Shown piece by piece: positions 25,281 to 37,985 of a stretch of DNA of 46,750 nucleotides. Within the stretch, counting starts at the first letter, position 1. Each line of letters opens with the position of its first letter. Location: NCBI RefSeq assembly GCF_001194135.2, contig NC_068986.1:100342097-100388846 (forward strand), written 5' to 3'. The stretch is from Octopus bimaculoides (taxonomy: Eukaryota). A model generated the notes under the pieces. It saw only the letters and a list, made by a program, of their open reading frames with translations, had not been told where the DNA came from and made no database searches. Position numbers and translations under genes: made by a program.

Positions 25281-26460
25281 CATTATTTAATTCGTAGAGC
25301 TTGCCTAATTCATATAGCTATAAGGTAATAGCACCTGCTACTGTGCGTATATGTGCATCTATGTATATTTTTATGTTATTTAATCAGTAAAAATTACTGA
25401 GTGACTCAAATATCGAAAGTTTTATATATTGACAACTTTCAAACTTCTGTAAGTTCAAGGATGATGCAAATATACTTCTAGAAATAATTGTCATAAAAAC
25501 GAGGGATTTGCAACAAATCTGATTTCAAATGACATATAATCCTTGGAAAATTGTCTGTTGTGTAACATATCATTATCTGTTAAGCGCACAAATATACTGT
25601 TTGTATAGCACCATCTTCGAACTTTCCATCATGTGAGCAACTCCAATTTCAGTATTTAAACATTGATTAAAAAGAGGCATTTAAAAAGCCGTACAGCCTA
25701 GTATATTAATTTATTCTTTGTACTTGGTTGCTGCCGTGCCAACTTCTCTCACCTGAACCGTACCGAGTCATCTCTCCTCCAGGCATCATTCGTCTTACGT
25801 TCATATGTTTGACACAATGTATCCAAGACTATCCTTCATTCTTCGCTAAAATATCAAGTCACTGAATACTTTTCTTGCCAATCTTGTTCATGCAGCTATT
25901 AATGTGTAAGTTTGCTAGACGTTCATTAACTACGTCGAATATTCGCGTCTAACAGTGCACCCCAATACGAAGGGCACAGCTGCTTTCTCTTGGCGAAATC
26001 ATTAAAAAATAATAATACTTCTATAAATGAAGAATCAATAACTCCCATCTCTAAACTACATGTGAATGTTGCGTTACATAGAACATAAATCGCTACGTTT
26101 AACAACCGGTCTACAGACAACACTTTCTTCTCAACTGTCTCGGCCACCACAGACTTGTGTGAAGTAATTACTCAGCCGCCTCCAACCCCCTTATTATCAT
26201 CAACATAGTAGGAAATATCATTTTCTACAAATTAAATAAATCTCAGTAATAACACTTTCTCAATAAATTAGAAATTTGTTAACAGGAGTCAATAACTTAC
26301 TGTCATGCCCATCAACTATATACATACTGTAATGTATATTTACTCAGTAAATATTAAATAATTTCAACAAAAATTAATTAGAAAATAATTAGCATTAACG
26401 GTTCCATTTCCGTCAGCATTATTTGTCATGGTTTAATGACAACAGCGAAATGAGGGACCA

Positions 26461-26648
26461 CTCTTTTACTTGTTTTAGTCATTTTGACTGTGGCCATGCT
26501 GGAGCACCGCCTTTAGTCGAGTAAATTGACCCCACGACTTATTATTTGTAAGCCTAGTACTTATTCTATCGGTCACTTTTGCCGAACCGCTAAGTTACGG
26601 GGACAATCACAGACACACAAACATATATACACACACACATACATACAT

Positions 26649-26720
<72 letters not shown>

Positions 26721-26883
26721 GACAGGCTTCTTTCAGTTTCCGTCTACCAAATCCACTCACAAGGCTTTGGTCGGCCCGAGGCTATAGTAGAAGACACTTG
26801 CCCAAGATGCCACGCAGTGGGAATGAACCCGGAACAATGTGGTTGGTAAGCAAGCTACTTATCCCACAGACACTCCTGCACCA
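26461..26883 (-). mobile_element. tRNA-derived SINE, family A (second copy, more complete head)
   Basis: High identity to 629-1048; internal (CA)(TA) microsatellite; lacks a 42-bp segment present in the first copy. Confidence 0.9.
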
Positions 26884-27009
26884 TAACGAATATCTTTTTT
26901 TAAATTCAACCCCACAAAATTACATCAAATACAAATTCATTACCTCAAAGTTACCTAAAGCAAGAAACATGTTTGGTCGTAGAAATACAACACTGTTATC
27001 TTTGAGAAA

Positions 27010-27120
27010 TACAGGGTGTTCAAAAAGTCTCTCCGCAGTGAATTTGTGTATCCTATAATGGTTCAAAACTTAATTTTCAGTTTAACGAAATACAAGCCTA
27101 CATAAAATGGACATTGGTAT
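27010..27120 (+). mobile_element. Solo Tc1/mariner-type terminus
   Basis: TACAGGGTGTTCAAAAAGTC, a typical Tc1/mariner TIR start. No partner TIR found. Confidence 0.45.
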
Positions 27121-27177
27121 GTTGGAAGTAATTAGCTCCAACCAGTTATGTACCCTAATCTCGATGCTAGTAAATAA

Positions 27178-27392
27178 TATTTTCTACTCTAGGCACAAGG
27201 CCCGAAATTTGTGGGGAGGGGGCTAGTCGATTAGATCAACCCTTGTACAAGAAGGGTACTTAATTTATCGTCCCCCAAAGGATGAAGGGCAAAGTTGACA
27301 TGGGCGAAATTTGAACTCAGAACGTAAAGACAGACGAAACACCACCAAGCATTTCGCCCGGCGTGCTAACGTTTCTGCCATCTCGTCGCCCT
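27178..27392 (-). mobile_element. SINE family B (octopus-type tRNA-derived SINE)
   Basis: Reverse complement aligns along its length with 33394-33560 and 33626-33826 (ggcgagc..gcagaaacgttagcacgccgggcgaaatgctt..gagttcaaatt..ggccttgtgcctagagtagaaa). Confidence 0.85.
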
Positions 27393-28436
27393 GTTAATAA
27401 TTAATAACATCAGTACAATTCCATCCACTGTAACTTTATACAGATGTATGAATTATCTAAACATCACTTCACAATTAAGTAATACATATTGATAGTTGTT
27501 ATTAACAAAAAAGAAATATGAAATAAATAAAAAACATCCTACTTTGACACAATTTGATTTTACATTCCATCGAATCTCGAAACAAACCTGAAATCTCAAG
27601 TAGCCATACAAGATAGCTTCCAGCAGTAGCTTGATCACTATTCACTGCTTTCTTATATAGGATATGCTAATCACCTTGTAAAAGAACAACAAAAGTAAAT
27701 AATATCGAACAACCTATATCTCGGTTAACTTATTCTATATTGTATGATATCGCGGATCTGTACTTTCAGGCATTACGCTTAACATTCTAACAACACGAAC
27801 TTGCCTGATAGTGACCAAACATATATATATATATATATATAACAATACATTTATGCACATAAGTTCATGATGCCATATTGACGCCCTCACACACAGAATG
27901 CAGGTATAGAATGAAAAATCGTCCCTCCATTTATTCATCATCTAAAAATTTGATTTTAAAGTAACGGGCTTAAAATAGATCCTAACACATTCATACTATT
28001 ATCCGCAACATTCGGAAGCATTCAGCTTTCGATCATAGGGCTACATAAAGTATGAACGTCGTGTTAGAAATGTAATCCTACATATGCAAATATACAGGAT
28101 ATTAACAGTAGCATGTCTTTGATCATTCGTATGAGAGATTGGAATTAATGTACGGAAAAGGCGAACGCATGATCGCATGACATCCGGGTTATTGATATTA
28201 ACACCAGAAAACTATTATATACGACTAGAAATATTCACTCTGATATTGATATTGACCATGTTTAAATAAAATAGAATACAAGGAAAGAGAAGAATCACAG
28301 ACAGGAACCTATAAATAGCAGCTACTTTTTCCTTCAAATTACATCCTAATATCTTGAAAATGTACGGATATAGTTCACTTACATTTAATATGCAGATATG
28401 CACACATATACGTACACCAAATTGAATATTTTATGA

Positions 28437-28564
28437 ATGCAAGACATCCTGTATTTCATCTATCTCTATATATATCTATCTATCTATTTATCGATCGATC
28501 GGTGTGTCTGCCTATCTAGATATATATATATATATAGATAGATGAAATACAGGATGTCTTGCAT
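28437..28564. repeat. Perfect 29-bp inverted repeat (foldback) with 70-nt spacer
   Basis: atgcaagacatcctgtatttcatctatct (28437-28465) and agatagatgaaatacaggatgtcttgcat (28536-28564). Confidence 0.9.
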
Positions 28565-29310
28565 ATATATATATATATATATATATANNNNNNNNNNNNN
28601 NNNNNNNNNNNNNNNNNNNNNNNNNNNNNNNNNNNNNNNNNNNNNNNNNNNNNNNNNNNNNNNNNNNNNNNNNNNNNNNNNNNNNNNNNNNNNNNNNNNN
28701 NNNNNNNNNNNNNNNNNNNNNNNNNNNNNNNNNNNNNNNNNNNNNNNNNNNNNNNNNNNNNNNNNNNNNNNNNNNNNNNNNNNNNNNNNNNNNNNNNNNN
28801 NNNNNNNNNNNNNNNNNNNNNNNNNNNNNNNNNNNNNNNNNNNNNNNNNNNNNNNNNNNNNNNNNNNNNNNNNNNNNNNNNNNNNNNNNNNNNNNNNNNN
28901 NNNNNNNNNNNNNNNNNNNNNNNNNNNNNNNNNNNNNNNNNNNNNNNNNNNNNNNNNNNNNNNNNNNNNNNNNNNNNNNNNNNNNNNNNNNNNNNNNNNN
29001 NNNNNNNNNNNNNNNNNNNNNNNNNNNNNNNNNNNNNNNNNNNNNNNNNNNNNNNNNNNNNNNNNNNNNNNNNNNNNNNNNNNNNNNNNNNNNNNNNNNN
29101 NNNNNNNNNNNNNNNNNNNNNNNNNNNNNNNNNNNNNNNNNNNNNNNNNNNNNNNNNNNNNNNNNNNNNNNNNNNNNNNNNNNNNNNNNNNNNNNNNNNN
29201 NNNNNNNNNNNNNNNNNNNNNNNNNNNNNNNNNNNNNNNNNNNNNNNNNNNNNNNNNNNNNNNNNNNNNNNNNNNNNNNNNNNNNNNNNNNNNNNNNNNN
29301 NNNNNNNNNN

Positions 29311-29361
<51 letters not shown>

Positions 29362-29779
29362 GTATGTATATATACATATACATTGAAGCATAATACAGTA
29401 TGTTCATATATGCATATGTGTATACATGGTGCCAATCAAAGATTCTTGTTTCCAAGTTGGAGAACACCTTTATATAATATAAGTATTGTCTCCACTACAA
29501 GAAAGAATACTTGTTACATTTTGTTGCCTTGTCGAAATTGTTAATAATGCACATTGTGTTAGTTCTATTTTGGTAGAGGCTGGACTGAAACTACAAGCCA
29601 GAAATACATAGTGTGTGAGTTTCTGGGAGGTGTGTATTCTTTTGCTACTACAAAGGGTTACACACACACACACACACACACACGCACTCTCTCACGTGTG
29701 AATATATGATTATGTGATTGTTTATATACGAGGGTGTGCATATGTGTGCATATATACTTGAGAGGTTTCCAAGAACATT

Positions 29780-29810
<31 letters not shown>

Positions 29811-31299
29811 NNNNNNNNNNNNNNNNNNNNNNNNNNNNNNNNNNNNNNNNNNNNNNNNNNNNNNNNNNNNNNNNNNNNNNNNNNNNNNNNNNNNNNNNNN
29901 NNNNNNNNNNNNNNNNNNNNNNNNNNNNNNNNNNNNNNNNNNNNNNNNNNNNNNNNNNNNNNNNNNNNNNNNNNNNNNNNNNNNNNNNNNNNNNNNNNNN
30001 NNNNNNNNNNNNNNNNNNNNNNNNNNNNNNNNNNNNNNNNNNNNNNNNNNNNNNNNNNNNNNNNNNNNNNNNNNNNNNNNNNNNNNNNNNNNNNNNNNNN
30101 NNNNNNNNNNNNNNNNNNNNNNNNNNNNNNNNNNNNNNNNNNNNNNNNNNNNNNNNNNNNNNNNNNNNNNNNNNNNNNNNNNNNNNNNNNNNNNNNNNNN
30201 NNNNNNNNNNNNNNNNNNNNNNNNNNNNNNNNNNNNNNNNNNNNNNNNNNNNNNNNNNNNNNNNNNNNNNNNNNNNNNNNNNNNNNNNNNNNNNNNNNNN
30301 NNNNNNNNNNNNNNNNNNNNNNNNNNNNNNNNNNNNNNNNNNNNNNNNNNNNNNNNNNNNNNNNNNNNNNNNNNNNNNNNNNNNNNNNNNNNNNNNNNNN
30401 NNNNNNNNNNNNNNNNNNNNNNNNNNNNNNNNNNNNNNNNNNNNNNNNNNNNNNNNNNNNNNNNNNNNNNNNNNNNNNNNNNNNNNNNNNNNNNNNNNNA
30501 TATATATATATATATATATATATAAATATATATATGTATATATGTATGTATGCATATATGAATATATCAGTATCTATGTATTTGTGTGCGTTTGTAAATA
30601 TATATTATGTGTATACATATAAGAATATGCGTACGTATAATGTATTTATGTATCTATTTATCTATCTATCTATTTATGTATGTATGCATGCATGTATGTA
30701 GGTATGTATGTATGTATGTATGTATGTATCTATCTATCTACACGCACATATAAACCATACACTCGCGTACACAATATGCTTCCACGTAATTTTTGTTCAG
30801 CCAATTCTGAAATAGAACTACGACAATGTCCTTTATTAAGAAATTTCTGAGGGAAACAAAATGTTTTATTGAAGACAATAACTACATTATTTGAGCAAAT
30901 AGATCTCTAAAAGATCCACAATGGTTCCAATTATATCGAATTCGTTGTAGTCGTCTTCAGCGACAAAATTAGAAACAGACATTGGATGAAAATCATATTG
31001 CAATTCGCATACAGTGTATATGAAAAGTTACAGCAATAATGTTTTGACTCTAAGTTTATATCCACGTTAACATTTTTTTGATAGATTGCATGGCGTCTAT
31101 GTGAAAGAAACTACTGACAACTTCGCTTAATTAGATCGTATTATGTGCGTACAGTGAGATCATTTTACTTATATCTACGTATTCATTCTCTTTTTCTTGT
31201 CTAGTAATATATGCGCGGTAATGTGTATGTATGCATATATACATACGTGTCTACACACATACTGATACGCACGCATAAACCCGCGAATGAAAAAAGCAC

Positions 31300-32330
31300 T
31301 GGAAACACATAGGATTATTAAAAGAAAGAGACAGCCGCAATACCTAAAAAATATTCACCAGCGCCAAATTACCCACCAAAAGTACAACCCCACATGTCGA
31401 AAAGTTCAACCGCCCTAACTGCGGAACTTGCATCTTCCCCTTAGAGAGCCCAACTTACAAATTTTAAGTAAGGGTAAACTTTTACCATAAAATATGACCT
31501 TACCTCTGCTTCGAAGAGTTCTTCGAATCTATGTTCTCAAATATGGAAGTTGTGGTGGTGACTACATTGGTCAAACTAGCTTCATTTTGAGGGATATACT
31601 TACGGTGCACAGGTAAGAAATCCGGAACTTCACCACTGTGGGAAAATTCCCGTAAGCACGCACCTAGACCAATGCCCCGTCGATATAAGCCCCTAAATAC
31701 CCAATCTTCCCTCTCTGTCAATGCACTGGAAACCCAATTCTGTTTAAATAAGGGAAATATACTGATTAAAAAAATATAAACCACAGGTAAATATTCTTTA
31801 GAAAGTAGAAAAAGTAGTAAAAAGAAAAGAAAAAACTCAATTTCAACACAAGAACAACCAGGAACAACAAAAAAGTTTTTAAAAATCTTTTGTAACAATC
31901 TTTCACTCGGGTTCCGAAATCACAACTCCAAATTGCCATACAAACACCAGTTGCCAACGTCACCTACCTCTAGTCCAACGAAATTTTACAAACACCAGTT
32001 GATGATATCACCTAACCCCAGAACAATCAAAACCGAACTTCAACACATACAATTAAATGACCCTTTAAAAAAACCCAGCCAAACGGAACGACTTATGACT
32101 ATCTCCGTTTGGAAACCAAGCAAGCAGAACTACAAGCTTGACCACTAGTATTTTAATGAATCAAAAATTAGATCCGCTCACTGAAAAAAACTATAACTAC
32201 AGCTGATCCCAAAACATCGCTACAAGCGAAAGCGTCTACAAGAAGAGGATAAGAGAAACTGCACACCTAATTCCTCTTTTTACTATTTTCATTTCACCAA
32301 TGTTTTTTTCAGTATGTCTTGGCAACCACC
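31300..32330 (+). mobile_element. Penelope-like element 3' fragment, GIY-YIG pseudogene, same lineage as 5295-5678
   Basis: NRPNCGTC (about 31408-31431) and CGGDYIGQTSFILRDILTVHR*EIR (from 31551) are colinear with the 5.3-kb copy. Multiple stops and frameshifts; A/C-rich 3' region with partial 48-bp repeats (31940, 31988). Confidence 0.85.
32203..32239 (+). ncRNA. Decayed hammerhead-like motif
   Basis: CTGAT-(insertion)-gct-aca-agc-GAAA-gcg-TC; stem III resembles CGCG with one base lost. Lies at the 3' end of the Penelope fragment. Confidence 0.3.
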
Positions 32331-32474
32331 ACTAAAATTAATGAACTTTGTACATTCAAACAAATTGATATACAGTTTTAATATTATTGACTACAATGAA
32401 CTTACAGCTGTCTTCCTAAACTTACACCTCTCCTCCTAATTCACAATGCTAAATTTATCTGTTTTGAACATGTT

Positions 32475-32570
32475 AATTTCTCAACATTGAAACGTTTTAA
32501 TTTGTCAACATTCAAATATTTTAGTTTGTCAACATGGAAACAATTGAATTTGTCAACATTGAAAGTTTTA
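32475..32570. repeat. Minisatellite, 4 x 24 bp (aatttgtcaacattgaaa.tttt)
   Basis: Units start at 32475, 32499, 32523 and 32547. Confidence 0.8.
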
Positions 32571-32803
32571 AAGATTTTTTTTTAAATTCATAATTTTAAA
32601 CTTTTACCATTGATAAACAAAGATGTTTTTCTAATTCATAACTTTAAGCTTTTACCATTTATGTTGTAGTGATCAATAAATAATACGGAAAATTTTTCCA
32701 GTTTAAGGTTTTGTTATATACATACACACATATACATAGATACACACACACATATGTATACATAATTACGTGCATATAAATACATAAACACATATATGTA
32801 TGG

Positions 32804-32854
<51 letters not shown>

Positions 32855-32943
32855 ATAATAAGAGTGAAAAAAACTACAGAAGGCTTGTGTTACATGGTTA
32901 AAGTATATATTTAAATTATGTCAGAAAAATGTTATAAAATTTT

Positions 32944-32982
32944 GAGAAATTACCGGTTTCGTGTTGTCTTTTCAAATTTCTC
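32944..32982 (-). ncRNA. Minimal type-I hammerhead-ribozyme-like motif (two core transitions)
   Basis: Minus: gagaaat-TTGAAAA-gacaacac-GAAA-ccgg-TA-atttctc. Perfect 7-bp stem I, palindromic CCGG stem III, GUA triplet; core is CUGAAGA with C>U and G>A. Confidence 0.55.
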
Positions 32983-33393
32983 TACTTGATTGTAACGTGT
33001 TCGCTTCAGTCTGAAAAAGAAGAGTTCTAGATAGGGGGAGGTAATTACATGAATACATACATACCTGCACGTGCAATTTGGTGCATTTATGCATGTACCA
33101 TGTAGGAGCATGTTCAGGCTATTATGTTCAGTAGAAATATGACTTGAATGTGTACCTTGTACACCATTTCTACTTGTCTGAAGGTCGGGTCATCGATGAC
33201 TGACTTGGAAATATTTTTCAGTGGTAGGAATGTACGTGATCATCCTGAAAATTCAAAATCAATGCGTATTGAAATGGGATGGGTATCATTTGCGGACAAA
33301 TAGGTTTCTACTGCTTCATTACAACTACTGCTGTCTTGAGTTATTGGGAGCTTATTGCAAAAGAACACCAGAACAGAACGCTGGCAATTCTGG

Positions 33394-33625
33394 AAGGCGG
33401 CGAGCTAGCAGAAACTTTAACACGCCGGGTAAAATGCTTAGACGTATTTTGTCTGCCGCTTCGTTCTGAGTTCAAATTCCGCCGAGTTCGAATTTGCCTT
33501 TCATCCTTTCGGGGTCGATTAAATAAGTACCAGTTACGCACTGGGGTTGATATAATCGACTTAATCCGTTTGTCTGTACTTGTTGATCCACTCTTTGTGT
33601 AGCCCCTATGGGAAGTAAAGAAATT
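33394..33625 (+). mobile_element. SINE family B, tail variant 1
   Basis: Head aaggcggcgagctagcagaaac, B-box-like gagttcaaattcc; tail cttaatccgtttgtc...gtaaagaaat. Confidence 0.85.
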
Positions 33626-33826
33626 AGAATCTTTAGCACGCCGGGCGAAATGCTTAGCGGTATTTCGCCTGTCTTTGTGTTCTGAGTTCAAATTCCACTG
33701 AAGTCGACTTTGCCTTTCATCCTTTCGGGGTCGATAAATTAAGTACCAGTTGCGTACTGGAGTCGATTTTATCGACTAGCTCTTTCCCCAAATCTTCAGG
33801 CCTTGTGCCTAGAGTAGAAAACAATT
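33626..33826 (+). mobile_element. SINE family B, tail variant 2, slightly 5'-truncated, directly abutting the previous copy
   Basis: Body matches 33394-33560; the tail ggccttgtgcctagagtagaaa matches the copy at 27178-27392. Confidence 0.85.
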
Positions 33827-34195
33827 TTGGTGTAAATTTCTTGAATTCTATTCCACTGTTTGTTACTGCGATGCGTTAAGATATATAGGGGATTAGGAGA
33901 ACGTGTATAGTGAATGGCACACAATGTCCCAAACCACCAAAGAAACCGTAACACACCACGTGATCTGATGTATTATATAGGTATATGTAAAGACAGAAAG
34001 ATATTCCACTCCACTGACCCTTCATTGTTCAGCGTACAAACATACTCTATGCTCAAAAGGTACATCAAAGCATGCATCCACTGAATTCGGTTTCTTAATT
34101 TAATACTCATGGCGAAACTTCTGTCTTGCTCGCGTACAAATCGGTAGACAGCATGAACTTGCTACCTGTCTTATTTTCTATATCTTCTTCAACAG

Positions 34196-34258
34196 TGTAA
34201 AGGCCCATCTCTGCAACAAAAGAAGTCTTTTTGATCGGAGTATTGCCAGTGTCCAAAA
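34196..34258 (+). CDS. Candidate 63-nt symmetric exon (VKAHLCNKRSLFDRSIASVQ), unknown gene
   Basis: Strong acceptor tcttattttctatatcttcttcaacag, donor AA/gtaagc, length divisible by 3, one open frame (phase 2 to 2). Confidence 0.25.
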
Positions 34259-34395
34259 GTAAGCGCGTATGAATTTTCTGCTGATTTCATTTTACAAATA
34301 TCTCAGCAGTAGAGAGCGAGTCGGCTGTGATACAGAAACAGAACGCTGTCATTGAAATTTAGAAGCATCAATTTGTAAGTCACACACACGCACAC

Positions 34396-34427
<32 letters not shown>

Positions 34428-34432
34428 GCACA

Positions 34433-34470
<38 letters not shown>

Positions 34471-35087
34471 CACATATATATATGTATGTATATAATTATG
34501 AGATTTTCGTAAACGCGTAAAGAGTCTTCTGCATACCATTGATATACTGAATAGATACCATCAGGTCGTCCACACTGTTAGGTTGTTTTTTTCCGTCTTG
34601 TGAGTAAATACAGTATCGTAAAGAAAATCTCTTTGAAATATGCTTCTACGTATTGTAGCCTCTCAGGGAGGATCGAATCTCTCACTATATTTACATTTAA
34701 GATGCCGGCCCATGGGAAAACCTGAATAGGGAAAAATCTAAAACCGGCATTTCTTGAACAAAGGTAACTGTTTTTTTTCGAGTAAAATAGAACAATGCGA
34801 ACATCTTACTATACCATTTATTAGGAGTTATTTTACTAGAAAATTAACTTTTTGGCTACAGCATAAAAATTCACCAACCCCAATGATAATTTATCGACAG
34901 TAACGACAGTAAGATGCGTGAAAATGTTTGTGAAATAGTGGACACATAGCCGTATAGCAACAGATGGGATATAAAATAATGCAATATACTATATAATGGC
35001 GAAGAATAATGATGAAATAAACTTAAACATGTCAGCGCTTAGTGGTGAGAAAAATACATAAATGACATGTAAAAGATATGTATATAT

Positions 35088-35143
<56 letters not shown>

Positions 35144-35399
35144 TTCTAAATTTATTAATATATACATATAATTTCATACATGTATACAAAATACATGCAA
35201 ATGCTGTCTGTCTGTCTCTGTCTCTCTCTCTCACTCTCCCCTCTCTTTCTCTCGTTCCCTCTTCCAACATGTATAAATAGTATGTGCAAGGTTGTATTTC
35301 AGAAAAAAGTAAATATGTGTTAATTTAATGTTCTCTCTATTGTAATATGTACATTTTAGCGGGTGTCATTCTTGAAACTTCATGTGTAGTGTTGACGCT

Positions 35400-37150
35400 T
35401 TTTTGAATTTTTGTGTGAAGTATTTGTATATTCCTCTAATGTTTGTTTTGTGTTTATGTTTCATAGAAATATATGCCACTTTTCAACTTTCAATTGCTTT
35501 TTTTTTTTGCTGTTGAGTATATTTGTTCAGTCTCTCAACTTGCTGTGTTACGTTTGAAGTTGTCCTTAGTTTTTATCACATTGTCTACCTCGATTATGTA
35601 ATTGGAATTATATTTTTCTATATTCCCTTGTGATATGTTTTTTTTTTTTGATAGATATGTCTACAATTATTTTGTTGAATGTATCTTCTGTGCTAGTTCT
35701 GATATTGAGTTCAGCTAACCATAATTCTAATTTCTCGTGGAACAGTGGAAGCGGCTCCAGTGGGATTTGGTTAAGTTGAAAAGAGTTTTTACATTGTTCA
35801 TTGATGTATTAGTGTATTCTGATAACAATAATAGTTATGTACTCGGATGAGAGATTAGAACATGTTGATTATGTATTTTCTAGCTAGGTGTGTAGCGTAG
35901 AGCGTAATGTATGGAGGCGAATTTTCAAACTAAACTAAGTGTGCCACACCGGAGAACTGCAGTTGGTTATTTAAAATAAAAAATGTAGTTTAGTCTACAT
36001 ACTTTTGTGTGTGATGTTGTGTTAACTGCATAAATTTCATGACAGATTTTTATTTAATTTAAAATGTTTGTTGATTTGCTCTGTGTCAAGGGTCTATGGA
36101 CATGGTATTCATCTGGCTCTTGAAGGCATTTGTGATTGATGCAATCGATATTCCTCCTGAAATTGCAAGAAATATAGAAATTAAATTGAACTATCAGGGA
36201 ATTCTAGAACTATGTGCTGAGAACGAATGAGCGTGCGCGCGGTGATAAGAACTTGATCTTTGGTGTGGAGAACAGAATTGTCGAGAGAGAAAGTTGATTG
36301 AGTGGATTGCGTTGGACAGTGGTTCTGCCACATGTCTATCGACGTCCAAATGGTAGTAGTTGCTGTAGCATAGATAAAATGTGCGTCTTTCGTTTAAGTT
36401 CTTAATGCTTTAAATTACATTTTATATTTTATGAGATTTAAACCAGATGAGTTGAGAAATGGAAATAGTAATTTTGTAGACCCGGTCTCATACATCTTTA
36501 TACATAAATACATACATACACACACAAGTGTATGTATGTTGAGTGTGCCTCTAGGATTCACCAGATGGTCTAATTGGTTAGGAAATCAGATACATACAAG
36601 AATAAGTTACTAATAGATACAGTATATTTTTGTTATTGAAGAGAGCATAAAAAGAATAGGAGCAAGATTAGAGTTTGAGAGAAGTAACATGGATTAGGTG
36701 TAGGAAAGGGTAATAATTCATAGGCTTCAAGTGTTGCCTTCCAAGATTCATGTTATTTTATCCAGTGGCGGATAAGTAGGTATATTCATTCGAAGGATGA
36801 GTTTTTTAGGAAGGGTAAAGTTAGGCAGCGGTTCTTATTTTGTTTACATATAAATATCACGTTACATATAAATATACACGTTATATTTCTGTTTGAAGTG
36901 GTGGGTTTGAAGGTATGGTTTGAAAGTAAGGTCCGTGTTTCAGAGGTGGAAGTTTATACATAGGATGTCAGTTAGTACTAAAAAGAGTATTGCACCAGTT
37001 GGTGACCAATGTACGATGTCCTTTTTCTTTATTTTTTCGATCAACAAATCCCCGAATCCTTGTGTGCAGAGGTTATGATCAGTCCTGCAACCTAATTGGT
37101 CAGCTATTTTTTTGAAAACGATGAAGCGTTTCCGGTTGGTCGATGGTTAA
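35400..37150 (-). mobile_element. Possible ancient non-LTR retrotransposon remnant
   Basis: Strong T/G skew on plus over about 1.7 kb. A minus peptide KTLFNLTKSHWSRF (about 35745-35795) resembles the FN..KA.W..F segment that follows LINE apurinic endonuclease domains. Confidence 0.3.
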
Positions 37151-37662
37151 CAGATAACACAAAGTAAATTAAAAAATAAATGGATAAAAAACCGTGGCCA
37201 CTATGGGCATGTAGGAGAGCAAAGTAACATTGAAATTAAATTAAATTAAATTAAATTAAATTTAGACAAGTAAATAATTAAATAAATATGTGAGTGAGTA
37301 CGATAATCTGTTTTTCTCATGCTGTCCCTTTAGTTCAGATCCCCTTAGTCCTATTGCTTTAGTTATCGTAAACAATCGGACACTTGGAATAAAAATTCAC
37401 ATTAATACAAGAGAAAAGTATTTATAACAGGCTTTCCGGGTATTATATCAATAGAATATTACGTCAAACAGAGACAAAAAAATGTTTATACTAAGTTCAA
37501 GAGAAATAATGTACAACGAAGAAAAAATCGTCCTCTCTTCGCTTAGAAAATTTTTGCTTCGGCGTGTGAAAATAATTTCAAATGGAATAAGAACTTGTGA
37601 AATTTTAATCTTTCCCTCCTGACACACATATACACACATACACACACGTAAAGTTCCATGAG

Positions 37663-37667
<5 letters not shown>

Positions 37668-37729
<62 letters not shown>

Positions 37730-37819
37730 TCTCTCTCTCTGTCCCTCTCTCTCTCTCACTCACACACACTCAAACAAATATACAGACAGGTACACACAGA
37801 TGCGCACGCGGACACACAC

Positions 37820-37892
<73 letters not shown>

Positions 37893-37985
37893 CGTGTGTG
37901 TATGTGTGTGTTTATCTATATACACACATCTATATATACATATATATGTGTGTATGTGTGTGATATAAATAGATAGATATACATA
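37668..37985. repeat. Compound (CT)n-(CA)n-(TA)n-(TG)n microsatellite
   Basis: Directly visible. Confidence 0.95.

Noticed and set aside
25650-25930. Possible RTE LINE 3' remnant
   Set aside because: No convincing motif in any frame.
32475-32570. CRISPR-like array
   Set aside because: Repeats are directly tandem with no unique spacers, in a eukaryotic context with no cas genes.
34107-34324. Minus-strand frame after a strong acceptor, interrupted by one TGA (selenocysteine or A-to-I readthrough idea)
   Set aside because: One stop in about 70 codons is unremarkable. There is no SECIS-like evidence and no recognisable homology, and it overlaps a plus-strand candidate exon.
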